Positions 1-12,299 of a stretch of DNA of 64,000 bases are shown here, in pieces. Both the position numbers and the translations under genes were made by a program. Within the stretch, counting starts at the first letter, position 1. Every line of letters begins with the position of its first letter. The notes beneath the pieces were generated by a model. It did not search any database. It saw only the letters and a list, made by a program, of their open reading frames with translations, and was not told where the DNA came from. Source of the DNA: Lama glama (taxonomy: Eukaryota); NCBI GenBank assembly GCA_028534125.1, contig CM052817.1, positions 108,626,001-108,690,000 of the forward strand. Reading direction: 5' to 3'.

Positions 1-264
1 TCCATCTGAGTCACAATTCTGTTTACCAAACAAAAGGACTTTGTGACTTTGACACAAAACTTACGATTTCATTCTGTTTTAGCTGTTGAGGTCACTCCAT
101 TTCAAAACAGTCTTGTTTTTAGAAGTTTCTTTTTTATATTAAGCAAAAATCTTTCTTGTCTTCACTGCCTCCTACTGGTCCTAATTGTTCCTTTGAAACT
201 GCATGTAATTATTCTATGACTTTTTCCTTCACTAGTAATGTATTGCCTTAAAAAATATACCTAT

Positions 265-875
265 GCACATTATCTGATTTGAGCTTAAAACCACCCAGGA
301 AATTACTATCTTTGTCATATAGATAAATACTCAACAGATGACTGGATAAAGAAGTTGTGGTACGTATATACAATGGAATACTACGCAGCCATAAAAAAGA
401 ATAAAATAATGCCATTTGTAGCAACATGGATGGACCTGAAGATCGTCATTCTAAGAAGTGGGCCAGACAGAGGAAAAAAATACAATATGATGTCACTTAT
501 ATGTGGAATCTAAAAAAGAAAAAGAACATAAATGAACAACTTATTATTTATAACTTAGATGATTGGTTTCTTGAATATGTGTAAGCACATCAGACTGTTC
601 TTTATGATTAGATTACTGCATTCTGTTAATTCTTATTTTGTGGTTGGCTTTATTCCTCTGATTACTATGTAAGTTCAGAAAGCTAAAGCTCTATACTGCT
701 CTTAGAAACAATAAACAGTACGTATATGTAAATTTTAAAAAATAAATTAAGGGAAAGATAAATACTCTAAAGCACAGAGAAAATAAGCAATTTACCAGTG
801 GTCACGCCCACATATAATGAATGGTGGACCTGGGCCCCAGATTTTCTGATTCACAATCTTACGTTCTTTCCATGA
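265..875 (-). mobile_element. MIR SINE remnant split by a later insertion (333-755)
   Basis: Joining the flanks gives ...tactatctttgtcatatagataaatactc|taaagcacagagaaaataagcaatttaccagtggtcac..., which resembles the reverse-strand MIR core (cagatgaggaaactgaggcacagagaggttaagtaacttgcccaaggtcac). Confidence 0.55.
333..755 (+). mobile_element. 5'-truncated L1 fragment (ORF2 end) fused to non-L1 sequence, with a 12-bp TSD
   Basis: 333-537 is L1 ORF2 C-terminus/3' UTR start (gactggataaagaagttgtgg...gcaacatggatggacctg). A perfect direct repeat AGATAAATACTC lies at 321-332 and 756-767. Confidence 0.8.
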
Positions 876-2254
876 TGCTGTATTGCCTTAAAATATCCTT
901 TCCAGCAGTAAGTGACGTCCTGTGTACTCTTTCCTCCTTCAGACACAGGATTGCCTCAGCTTCTTTACTTTCTCAGTTTTGCCAGCCATTCCTCAAGCTA
1001 CCTGATTTTCAGTGAGAAAAATGTTTGTGATTCTAGAAGGTGTTGTGTGTGTGTGCGTCTGTGTGTTTGTGCATGCACATGTACCTGCTCGTGCAGATCT
1101 TAGGAAAAGCCCACAGCCTTCTGGTGGTTGCAGTGTATTTGGAATCAAAGCCAGTCTGCGTAGGCTCTCACCCCCACATAGATACTTTTGACTTATCTGA
1201 GTCTCTTATCTTATGTAAAATTTTATATAAATATTTTTAAAAACAAATGTGGACCTCATGTACCATTTCAGAATCCATAGTTTCCAACTGAAGAATTATG
1301 GGCCTCCTCCTGATTTTGTACATTAGTCTTTAGTAAAAGCAGAGAATCGTATTTTTCTCAACAGCTGTTTAACGTGCATCAGTGTCTCTGTCTGTCCCCT
1401 GTGTTTGGTTCCAGGGAAAACCTCCCATCTGAGCAACTTCATTCAGCTTGGCTGGCTCAGGAAATAAATGCTTTTGGGTTGTAGCAGTGGGCCCAGTAAA
1501 ACCTAAGGATTTCCGAAGTCCGCTGGAGAAGTGCTCTACCCAGTTGGTAGGGGATTAGACTGGGCTCCGAATATCAAAGGAAGAGGTTAGCCCAGTGTCA
1601 ACAATTATATAATTCTATACCGTAAACCCCAGAACAAAACTAACCACTTCCTAGATGGTGAGGAGCAGTAGCGAGAGCTGAAACCACAGTTGATTAGAGC
1701 AGCTAAAACCACAGTTTTGCCAGGACTAGTGTGTAATTATTTCCATATATTCTGCAGAAAATCATCAGAAGCCAGAAAGTATTTCCACATCAGTGAATAG
1801 GAAAGATGTTTAGAAAGATAAATTATTTTAAAGCAACCATTTGTGAAAAACGGGGAGTTGGGGAAGTGGCGTCATAGTCACTGCATGAATATTCATATTC
1901 TCAGACTTAAATGAGCTTCTTTGAAACTGACTTATCTGAAATTATACTGCTTGCGTTCAAAGTTTCCAGTTCCCCACGAAGTGAGTAGTTTCAACCCAGT
2001 ACTCTTCCTGGAAGCTAAGTGCTCAGAAAGTGATTAGAAGTAGAATTTTAATGTCAGCATTTTTTCACATTGAGTAAGAGGTGACATTGAATTCACTGTG
2101 ATGACTAAGTTAGCCAAGTGCCCGACTCAGTTAAGGAGTTTCTAACATGGAAATTCACCTCTTTTTATAAAAACTTGTTGTATTAGTTTATCTTTAAAAC
2201 CCTCTAAAACAGATTTCTACAGACCCTTGTTGAATCTTAGTCCAGGTTGGTTTT

Positions 2255-2971
2255 TCTTTTTTTGATCTATTATTAATTTTTTAATTGAAGTATAGTCAGT
2301 TTACAATGTTGTGTTAATTTCTGGTGTACAGCATAATAGTTCAGTCATACATGAACATACATATATTCGTTTTTATACTCTTTTCCATTACAGGTAACTA
2401 CAGGATATTGAATATAGTTCCCTGTGCTATACAGTATACATTTGTTTTTTATAAATTTTATATATAGTAGTTAGTATCTGCAAATCTCAAACTCCCAATT
2501 TATCCCTTCCCACTCTCTTCTCCCCTTGGTAACCATAAGTTTGTTTTCTATATCTGTGAGTCTGTTTCAGTTTTGTGAATAAGTTCATCTTTTTTTTTTT
2601 TTTAGATTCCACGTATGAGTGATATCATATGGTATTTTTCTTTCTCCTTCTGGCTTAACTTCACTTAGAATGACAATCTCTGGGTCCATCCATGTTGCTG
2701 CAAATGGCATTATTTTATTCTTTTTTATGACTGAGTAGTATTCCATTGTAGAAATATACCACAGCTTCTTTATCTAATCATCTGTTAATGGACATTTAGG
2801 TTGTTTCCATGTCTTGGCTTTTGTACATAGTGCTGCTATGAACATTGGGATGCAGGGGTCTTTTCCAATTAAAGTCCCCTCTGGGTATATGCCCAGGAGT
2901 GGGACTGCTGGATCACATGGCAGCTTTACTTTTAGGTTTTTAAGGGCTCTCCATGCTGTTTTCCCTAGTGG
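2255..2971 (-). mobile_element. L1 3' end (ORF2 C-terminus, 3' UTR and tail), artiodactyl type
   Basis: Minus-strand translation KLPCDPAVPLLGIYPEGTLIGKDPCIPMFIAALCTKAKTWKQPKCPLTDD is L1 ORF2p C-terminal sequence. The 3' UTR starts ttaattgaagtatagtcagtttacaatg next to a T-rich tail. Confidence 0.93.
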
Positions 2972-2999
2972 AGGGCTCTTCTTTTCTGACTGCAGACAC

Positions 3000-3760
3000 A
3001 CACAGACTTCTCTCCTTATTCTGTTAAGCCTCCTTATCGTCCTTCCCAGGAATCCACTGTTCGTTCTTTTTTCTCACAGTCAGACTTCACCAGGTTCCCC
3101 TCCCGTCCTCTATTTATGCTCCTGTTCCTCAAAGGCCTCTTTCTTCCTCACGACTTCAGTGAAAATCAGCAGATCCTGGGACACAGAAGGCCCCTGGTGG
3201 TGACTCCACGCCTCTTGCCTCCCTCTCCTCTGTCTTCCCGCCGCGTTAAGGCTGCCCCGGTCTCACTGCTCAGCACTGCCCTCTCCGGCTGCATCATCAC
3301 GGTCACGCAGGTCCTCTGACTGGTCCAGCCCAGGCCCAGCGCCGGCTCCGCTGCCCCCACCGCACGTCTGAGTGTCGGGACACCCGGGTTCCGCTCCTTG
3401 GTCCTGGTCTCTCCTCGTGTTACCTGTGTCTCAGTCGTGGCCGTGACTCACGGTGTACGTGAGTAACTCTCTGTATTTAATGCAGGGGAGGGGGTGGTTT
3501 GCATGTCCACGCCCCACGACTCCTCCTTAGAACGCCCCAGCCTGAACTTTCCCTTTCTTCCCATCCTTGCCTGCTGTGCGCGCACTGGATGATTATGTCC
3601 CGGGCAGCCCTTCTCATGAGCTGGTGTTCAGCCCCCCAACGGGTCCTTCCCTCCCTTACACCCTCTTCCAGTCAGCTCCCGACTCCCATGGATGCGACCA
3701 CAGTCAGGCACTTGGACACACACCCTCCCTTTCTCTGCCTCGGTGCTGGTCATCACGTCA
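3000..3760 (+). mobile_element. Probable decayed LINE2 remnant, GC-enriched
   Basis: Pyrimidine-rich sequence with L2-like motifs (ccgctccttggtcctggtctctcctc...; gcacttggacacacaccctccctttctct). Highly diverged. Confidence 0.4.
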
Positions 3761-5878
3761 TCAAGTGTACTCCTGCAGCCTCGTGAATATTTTCTGGCCA
3801 GATCCCAAAAGGCGTTAGGGATCCAGAGAGTCCAGGAGACAGGAGACCTGTCCTCCGCCAGGGAGGAAGGAACGTGCAGGCACGTGGGAGAGAGATGTGC
3901 ATTAATTTCAAGTCAGTGTCATGGGCCAGCTGAGGAAGGGCGGTGTGAACAGAAGTCTGGCTGTGACTGCCTCCTGGAAGAGCAGTGACAAAACAAAGGA
4001 AGACGGGACCCACCCCGGGGAAGAAGTCTGGGCAGACGTTCACCTTCCATTAGAGCGTATCTCATTTTTCCCCTCAAAGCAATGTCCTGAGGGATTATTT
4101 TTATTACCCTTCCCAGTTTCAGCTCTTCGCTCACACTTTTTGTGTTGTCAAGCTATTTTAAATAAAAAACTCAGTAGTAGTGTTTCTTCTCCAAAATAAA
4201 GTCTTCTGCCCACAGAGACTGAGGGTCTTCTATGACCATTAAGCTTACTGAACTGAAAATCGAAAATACCTACCAACACAGGTGCCATTTCTCAGCTCGA
4301 TCCCCACGAAACTTCCTGCAAATTTCCCTGAACGGCCCTTAAGCCATACCTGAATAAATACTGAACAACAAGAGAAGGTTCTGCAAGCAAGAGCCCTGAG
4401 GATCCTGGTTTGAGGTGCACGGCCGTTGCGGTGTGTCGGGGGAGGTGCGCTTTCCTTCCAGCCGTTCTTGGTTTGCCTTCTCCTGCACCTGCGGCCCCTC
4501 ACTGGGGGCGTTTCCCGAGCGCTGTCACGCAGCAGATCCCAAGCCGTCTGTGTGATGGGGTGGGCTCTGTTGTCAGACGCTAGCAGCGGCGACATCTCGC
4601 TTCAGCTTCGCATGGCTTGTCACATTTTTTGGATCAAAGGAATAATTTTTAAAGTCTTAGGAGGAACAACCCCCTGATTTTTGGCTTCCCGCAGATGCCA
4701 ACGTGGAGGATGCCCTTGGGACCAGATTGTTGATTTGGCCCCTGGAATCCCAGTTTTCCGTAAAGATTTGGATGTCCAATCCGCAGTTTTACCGAGGAAG
4801 TGGGAAGTCTGTGTGTTGCACCGGCGTGCAGTCCAGCCGGCCCTGGGAGGGCGCTGGCTTCGAGAACTTCCACCCTGAGGCGCTGGTGTCGGGGTGAAGT
4901 GCTTTAACCGGGGTGACTGCAGACCTTGGACTTTAGGTGACGAGGTAATGGTGTTGTCGTCTGTAAGTGTCGTCAGATCGTGGTGGTGCTGGAGTTTCAT
5001 GCCGTTAGACACGGTTGTTTCATCCACTAATTCAGTAAGACTGTGCTTATAACAAAGCATTCCTTTTAGGGGGGAGGGGGGCAACATTTTCCACAAAGCG
5101 GGCACCTCTTTTTCCATAATTGAGCCCAGGCAGAACCCCGATGCTCATGGCCTTAGGAGGTCAGCTCTAGGTTCCAGCCTTAAGATGCCTGCTTTTTGGT
5201 GCTGAAGGGTAAACACCGCGCCCTGCTCAGACTGGACCGCCACCAGAGAGGACTGTATAGACGGGCCAGGTTTTATTCAGTTGCCACACGCTGGGAGGAA
5301 GATGCTCCCGGTCTTGAGACGCGATGTGACACAGCTGCCTCCTTCCCTGGGATTTCTCACTTAAACACACACAAGCTGCAGCACTCACAGTGCTAACGCA
5401 TCCTTGAGCAGGGGTGCCAGCTTTCATCTTCTCTGCTGGCTTAAAAGTAATTTCAGACAATAACCCAGATGACTGTTTGGATGGTTTCAGGTAAGAACAG
5501 AGGGGAAGACCAAGAAGTGCGTTTAACTCGACTGTTCCAGGGCATGCTGGTGTCTTTCCAGCGCCTCCCGGCAGCCCTTCCTGGCAGGAATTGGTGTCTG
5601 CGTGCCCCATCTGCTGCTCAGCCTCTTTAAAGAAGTCAGATGTGCATTCAGAATATCAGCTCACATTAGGGAACTGAGATGGGAGACCCTTTCAGGGTCG
5701 ACTTTTCCTTCTCTTCTGTTTGTTACTGTTTTATTCTTGTGGTGCTGTCTTGTTTTTAGTAACCACAATAAAACCTAATCAGCATTCCTAACCCTGCTGT
5801 TAGGTTATGAATGAGGCAGCAGGTTGCTTATCAGTCTGAAGTGGCCTGTGTCCAGCTGGCTAAGAGAGAGGCAGCCTC

Positions 5879-6045
5879 GGGGGGAAGGGTGGAGCTCAGT
5901 GGTGGAGCATGTGCTTAGTATGCACGAGGTCCTGGGTTCAGTCCCCAGCACATCCATTAAAATAAATAAATAAAAATACATAAACCTATTTACCCCTCCT
6001 CCCAAAATTTTAAAAAATAAAATTAAAAATTAAAACATCAAAAGA
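5879..6045 (+). mobile_element. tRNA-Ala-derived SINE (vic-1 type), unit 1 of tandem trimer
   Basis: A box (agctcagtggtggag), B box (gggttcagtccc), aaataa/cctatttacccc body and A-rich tail. Confidence 0.9.
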
Positions 6046-6061
6046 AAAGAGAAGCAGCTTT

Positions 6062-6230
6062 GGGGGGAGGGTACAGCTCAGTGGTAGAGCATATGCTTAG
6101 TATACACAAGGTCCTGGGTCCAATCCCAGCACCTCTGTTAAATAAATAAAATACATATATAAAAATAAACCTAATTACCCCCTAGTTTTTTTTTAAATAA
6201 AATAAATTAAAACATTAAAAAAAAAAAAAA
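6062..6230 (+). mobile_element. tRNA-Ala-derived SINE (vic-1 type), unit 2 of tandem trimer
   Basis: ggggagggtacagctcagtggtagagcatatgcttag...taaacctaattacccc followed by poly(A). Confidence 0.9.
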
Positions 6231-6243
6231 GGAAGCAGCTTTA

Positions 6244-6527
6244 GGGAGAGGATGTATAGTTTAGTGGTAGCAGTGCGAGGTCCTGGCTTCAATCCCCAGT
6301 GTCTCAGAAAAATGTGTATATATGTGTGTGTATGTATAACTGAATCACTGCTGTACACCTGAAACTAACACTGTCAATCGACTACACTTCAATTAAATTT
6401 TAATTTAAAAGAAGAAAAAATACCTATAAATAAATTAACCTAATTACCTCCCCCTGCCCCAACATTTAAAAAAATAAAATTAAAATTTTTTTTAAAATTT
6501 AAAACATTAAAAAACCCAAGAAAGGAA
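6244..6527 (+). mobile_element. tRNA-derived SINE, unit 3 (internally deleted), interrupted by a short L1 3' tail at about 6315-6420
   Basis: Head gggagaggatgtatagtttagtggtag...ggcttcaatccccagt. L1 terminus tataactgaatcactgctgtacacctgaaactaacac. SINE body resumes at taaattaacctaattacctcccc. Confidence 0.8.
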
Positions 6528-7332
6528 AAAGCAGCATCAATATTCGTAAGCCCTAAAAGTTTGGTGACAGACACTGCTGCTCGGGGTAAACATTTGTGTA
6601 TGTGAGTGTGTTTGCCCAGGGAAGGTTCATTGTAAAGGCTGTATTTTTAAGATCACCCTCCCCACAGAAATGCCAACAAAAAGATAAGCTCGGTGTTTTT
6701 AGAGATAAGGATTTATTGTGAAAAGACAGGCAGTTCTGAGAGCATTTCCCCAAATAGGAAGTAGGCTTTCCTTGTTCTACGCAGACAATAATCCACACGT
6801 AACATATTTAAGGTGGCCGCGATCAAGTACAAACACGCGGAGAGGCTGCCTTTTTTTGTAATGAACACGGGAGGAGTCAGCAGGGGAACTTCCTCCTGCA
6901 GGCTGCTGTCTTGAGCTGTAAACAGGGATTCACGTGGTCATTACATGGTCCAACCACCTGGGCTGCCAGTTATTTTTCACTAAGAAAAGCAGAAATATGT
7001 TGGCTTTTCAGTTATTCTTTCAGATTAAGGTCACTTTTAATGGGTCACACTCAGCAGGATTTGTTGCATATATCTTGAGTTGCTTAGGTGATCTGTGATA
7101 GAAGTTCTCCGTCTGGCTGTGTTTGGGCAAGGGCAAAACCTCTCCTGTGATGCAAGTACCTGTCTTGTAAAGGTTCAGCTGCCCAAGGGCAAGAATTTTG
7201 GTCTGTTTTGCTCGCCGTGCCCACGTGATGGACTTTTTAATAAATATTTGTTCAGTGATTTAATGGACGTGGTATACCATTAACCTTCGTTTGCTCCTAT
7301 AATAGATACTGAGTTGAGAATTTCATGACAGC

Positions 7333-7570
7333 ATGTTTTAGTCCTGCTAAGGCTGGTATTAGAAGGTATCCCAGATGCAGGGGTTAAACAACAGAAATTT
7401 ATTTTCTCGTGGTTCTGGAGGCTAGAAGTTTGAGATCAAGACTGGTTTCCTCTGGGTGCATTCTGCTTGGCTGGGGACTGTCACCTTCTCCCCAAGTCTT
7501 CATGGGGACTTACCTCTGTGCCCAAATTTCTCCTCTTACAAGGACCTCTGCTTGCAAATTTCCTCTTCTT
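7333..7570 (-). mobile_element. MaLR (MLT1-type) LTR fragment
   Basis: ttaaacaacagaaatttattttctcgtggttctggaggctagaagtttgagatcaag is the hallmark MLT1 LTR motif in reverse orientation. Confidence 0.75.
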
Positions 7571-7706
7571 ACAAACCCAGCAGTGGGATTTGCTGGGATT
7601 GCTGGATCATATGGTAGCTCTGTTTGTAATTTTTTTTTTGCTGAACTTCCATACTGTTTTCCATAGTGGCTCAACAGATTTACATTCCCGCCAATGATGC
7701 ACAGGA
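7571..7706 (-). mobile_element. L1 ORF2 fragment (minus arm of an inverted L1)
   Basis: Minus-strand translation ...KKLQTELPYDPAIPA...; sequence gattgctggatcatatggtagctc...ttccatactgttttccatagtggc. Confidence 0.85.
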
Positions 7707-7716
7707 TTTCGGGGAA

Positions 7717-8160
7717 ATGACACCAAAAGCACAGCAAGAAAAGCAAAAATCAAACTGGTAGGACTTCATCAAACTGAGAAGCTTCCACACATCAGAAGAC
7801 ACAATCAGCAAGACTGAAAAGGCGACTTGTGGAATGGAACAGAACACGTGCACACCAAACACCAGATTAGGAATTGCTATCCAAAATGCACAAAAAACTC
7901 ACACAACTCAATAAGCAGTAAAACAGAACAAAACAAAAATCTGATTGTAAAATGGGCAGAGGAACTTAGGAGACATTTATCCAAGGAAGATGTACAGATG
8001 GCCAACAGGTCCAGGAAAAGATGCTAAATGTCACTGATCACAAGTGAGCTGCCACCAAAACCACCATGAGATACCACCTCACACCTGTTAGAATGTCTTC
8101 TTCATCAAGACAAGAGATGGCAGGTGGTGGCGAGGAAGTGGAGAAAACAGACCCTCTTGT
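7717..8160 (+). mobile_element. L1 ORF2 fragment (plus arm of an inverted L1)
   Basis: atgacaccaaaagcacagca...; translation KWAEELRRHLSKEDVQMANRSRKRC; atgagataccacctcacacctgttagaatg. Confidence 0.9.
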
Positions 8161-9626
8161 ATCTGGCGATTACCTAGAATTCTTAAATTTAAAAGCTGAA
8201 GAGGAACTTAAAGGTGACTGAGTTTAGCAGCCATGCTTTACAGAGGAGGAAACGGAGGCTGATGGGGCTACTGGATTGGCTCAGGTCCCTCTCCTGGTGC
8301 TGCAGTTTCTGGGTCCCTGCAGGCTCCCCGACTCCCGATCAGGGGCTTCTTTCATATCGAGCTGCCACTCAGGGCGACTCTCCCCAAGGAACTGACACGA
8401 CCTCACCGTGTGTAGGATCATGGCCACGTGCCCCTGACGTTTTAGAAATGCGTGCTTGGGCAGGACAGCTCAGCTGCATCGAGGTTTCAGATCTCTCTTC
8501 TGGTCTTCCACCATCTGTCCTCCCGAAGTGCTGTGCCCACACGGGTCATCCACCCAGGCGCTTGCTGCCACCCTGCACATCAGAGCAGAAAAGCTTCCTT
8601 CTGGCTTACTAAGCAGGGGCGTGGATTAAGTTAGTGATGTATGTTACAGAACCTAGACTCTGCCTTCCATCGCTGACCACAGTCACTCACTCAGTAGCCC
8701 CAGAGCAATCTATCACTTCAGAATGCGCGTCAGTTTTCATGGCAACTGAGATACGGGGTGGGGGGTGTGGAAATCCAGTTTTCACTTGGAGGCACTTGGC
8801 CCAATCGTCAGCGTTTTTATACAGCTAAGACATTGTTGGAATTTTCTAGACAGTAAGTAAAGGAGGGCAGGGAGGCTTTGGTTAGAGGAAAAATTAAAAC
8901 TTAAAAAATAGTAAACAGTGTTTTTCTCCTCCAACTTCTTTTTATTTTTTTCCATTGCTCCCCCTTTTCTCTGAAAATCCCTGTAGACAGCTTCAAAAAG
9001 CAGAACTTCACAAGTGAACAACTCGATTGTTCCTTGAACCAGTGGGTGGGGTGACAGTCATAAGAAAACCCTTGAAAAATAAAGGACTGGCTTTCTCTGT
9101 TCTGTCCCAGGGTTGAATCTTTGAATCCAGGGGAAGTGAGTTCATTCTCCGCTCCTGCTTTTTTGGGTGGGGACTGCTGGGTGTGCTTGAAATGTGTGGG
9201 TGTGTGGTGATCTTCTTAAAACTGTATCTTATTTTAATTTAAATATTTAAAAGCATCGAGGTTAATAGCAGCAACTAGTATATGCCTGCAGTAGCATTTG
9301 CTGAGTTATTTTTTTTCCAGCCTTTGTCATTGGAGGGGATTGATGTCTGATACTTCACTGAACCCAAGATCTGCATATTCTGTTTGTCCCACATCACGGA
9401 CTTAATTTTGTTTTGCTTCCTTTTGTAGAACTTCTTTCAACCTTATCTCCCCAATACTGCCTTCACTTGGAACATTTCATTGCTTCTGAAGGAATGCTCT
9501 GTACCTTTCCAGCAGATGTGGAAGCAGATTAGCCAAATCCATACCTTTAATAACAATGTTATATCATGTCTGAAATACACATCTGCACTCTGACGCCTCA
9601 ATGAACAATATATACTTTAAAAAATG

Positions 9627-9705
9627 TTTTTTTGAAATGTAATTGATTTACAGTGTTAGTTTCAGGTGTCCAGCAAAGTGATTCAGTTAATCACTATATA
9701 ACTGA
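9627..9705 (-). mobile_element. Very short L1 3' terminus
   Basis: T tract followed by gaaatgtaattgatttacagtgttagtttcaggtgtccagcaaagtgattcagtta, similar to the other L1 termini in the window. Confidence 0.65.
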
Positions 9706-10189
9706 ATATACACTTTTTGTATTGGCTTTGTGTGCTGTTTACTCCCTTCATGCAGATCGACACATTCCCTTTATTTTGTATCATCATAGTCGTGAGTAGT
9801 AACTCAGTTATTCTTTGAGCATCTCTGAGCCTTAATTCTCCCTTTATATAAACATATACATTTTGGCTTATAGTTTAAAAATCTTCAAAAGAAATTGCAT
9901 TAACTTTTTCACATTATAATTGGAATCAATATTAACCAGAATGGTTAAATTCATCATGAAAACTTTTATTAGATAATTGCTTATTTACAGCTATACTGTA
10001 GTTATCAATCATAAAGCACTCCCTATCAAAGCAGTTTTGCATTTCTTGGACAATGAGAAAATTACTAGGAGTGAAGACGAATATATTCAGTTTGGTTTCT
10101 ACTCTTACAGGTTGGAGAGAATAATTGAAAATAGCTTAGTGCTAATATTTTAGCCAGAATCTTGACATTTTTGAAAATGTTTAAAATAA

Positions 10190-10678
10190 GAAAGAAGTTG
10201 TGGTACATTTATACAGCAGAATACTACTCTGCCATAAAAAAGAATAAAACAATGCCATTTGCAGCAACATGGATAGACCTGGAGAATGCCATTCTAAGCG
10301 AAGTAAGCCAGAAAGAGAAAGAAAAATACCATATGATATCACTCATATGTGGAACTTTAAAAAAGACACAAATGAACTTATTTATAAAATAGAAACAGAC
10401 TCACAGACATAGAGAACAAACTTACAGTTACCAGGGGGGAAGGGGGTGGGACAGAATAAGTTGAGAGACTGAGATGTGCAGATGCTAATGACTATATATA
10501 AGATACATAACAAGTTTATACTGTACAGCACAGGGAACTATATTTAATATCTTGTAGTAACCTAGAATGAAAAAGACTAGGAAAACAAATATATGTATGT
10601 ACATGGATGACTGAAACCAGAAATTGACACAACATTGTAAAAAAATTAATAAATAATAAATTTAAATTAAAAAAAAAT
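10190..10678 (+). mobile_element. 5'-truncated L1 3' end
   Basis: Translation KKLWYIYTAEYYSAIKKNKTMPFAATWIDLENAILSEVSQKEKEKYHMISLICG (ORF2p C-terminus), 3' UTR (tacagcacagggaactatat) and A-rich tail. Confidence 0.93.
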
Positions 10679-10899
10679 TTAAATAACGATAAAATCAGTG
10701 TTGACCCAAGACTGCCACATTAATTTCTGCCAATTATTTTTTCTATAAAACTGCCCCACTTCCCCACCGCTGGCAAAGCGGGGCCCCACGCCCACAGAGC
10801 GTGAGTCCCAGCAGGGGCAGGGTCTGCCCCAGAGGACAGATGTCCTTCTTCCTGACTGACAGACCAGCTTCTGCTTTTCCCAGCCTCTTCCCCTTGGGA

Positions 10900-11420
10900 C
10901 AGCCCGAAGAGGAGAGGAGGTGTTTCCAGTTTGACACAGCTGAGATGTAGGGGTTGGTGACGGCACTGAGAAGGGTTTCAGGGATACACTGCGTTTCAAG
11001 AAAGGCTGTTGCAAGTGTAAAGATTTCTTCTGTAGCTCACAAGAGGGAGAGAGAGTCTTGCCCACAGGGGCAGGGGGGAAGGTACAAGGTCTGAGACGCA
11101 TGTGACCTGTGCGGCAGCTTGTGAACAGACTAGACTGATCGGGACACAACGTGCTTGTCTTTGATGATCTGAGGATTAGGAGGGAAAGGCGAGCGAGGTC
11201 AGACAGTGAGGATCCCGAGTGCAGGGGAAGGAATTTGGATTTTATCCTCCAGATGAGAGATCACTCTAGGCATTTGTCCAAATTCATCACATGACCAGCA
11301 ATAACTTGTTTTAGGTAGATTAACCCAAGGTTATGCAGCACGAAATAAAAGCAGTAAGGACAGACTGAAGCAAGGAACAGTTCAAGGCTGCTCTGTGTCA
11401 TCCATGGTTGTCGGTCTCTA
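10900..11420 (-). mobile_element. LINE2 remnant
   Basis: Purine-rich L2-like motifs such as cccacaggggcagggggaaggtacaaggtctgagac and ggaaggaatttggattttatcctc. Confidence 0.5.
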
Positions 11421-11734
11421 CCTGACATCCAAGAAATGGGAGGAACTAATAGGATCTTTTTTTTATTATAGCAAATGTTAAAAACATTTTTACCTGGTCC
11501 TCAAAAAGAATCCAGACTTATTATACAGAAAATGCTGAAAACATGGATAGTATATGGAAGAAAATTAAAATCACCCATTCTCACTAAAACCAGAGATGAA
11601 TACTCTTGGCATATTTGGCACTTCTGATTTTTTTTGTTTTATTTCAATTAATGTGTGTCAAAGAATCATGGTATATTAATGTTCTGTTTTATATAGCTTG
11701 GATTTCTTGTAATTTACTACCTAGTGGCCATTTC

Positions 11735-11925
11735 TGTTTTTGTTGTTCTTTTGTTGTTGTTTTTAATTGAAGTACAGTCAGTTACAATGCGTCAGTTTCT
11801 GGTGTGCAGCACCATGTCCCAGTCACGCATATACATACATATATTCCGTTTCATATTCTTTTTCATTAAAGATTATTACAAGAAATTGAATATAGTTCCC
11901 TGTGCTGTATGGAAGAAATTTGTTT
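11735..11925 (-). mobile_element. Short L1 3' UTR terminus
   Basis: ttaattgaagtacagtcagttacaatg...gaatatagttccctgtgctgta, homologous to 2280-2440. Confidence 0.88.
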
Positions 11926-12299
11926 ATTTTAATAAAAAAAAATCCTAGAAGTCCTCATTTTTAATGCCTGTACAGTATTTCACCTTAAGAGTACAGCGTT
12001 GTTAACTATTCCACTATCGTAAATTTAGATCTTTATCAATGTTTTGTTACTATAAATGCTATTCTGATAAGCACCAGTCAACACAGTCAACATAAATATT
12101 TTATTTAATATGATTTTTCTCCCTTCCCTGCAAATAAACTAATTAATTAAAAAAAAACTCAGTGGAGCCTTTGTTCCTTATTTTTTTGGCCTGTTTTGAT
12201 TTTGGTTCGTATCTCCCACTCCCCTTCCATAGTCCACTATAAAAATTGGGAGGCAGTTTCTAATGTTTCTAATTGAACTTTTCCTGAAATTATCGCCTC

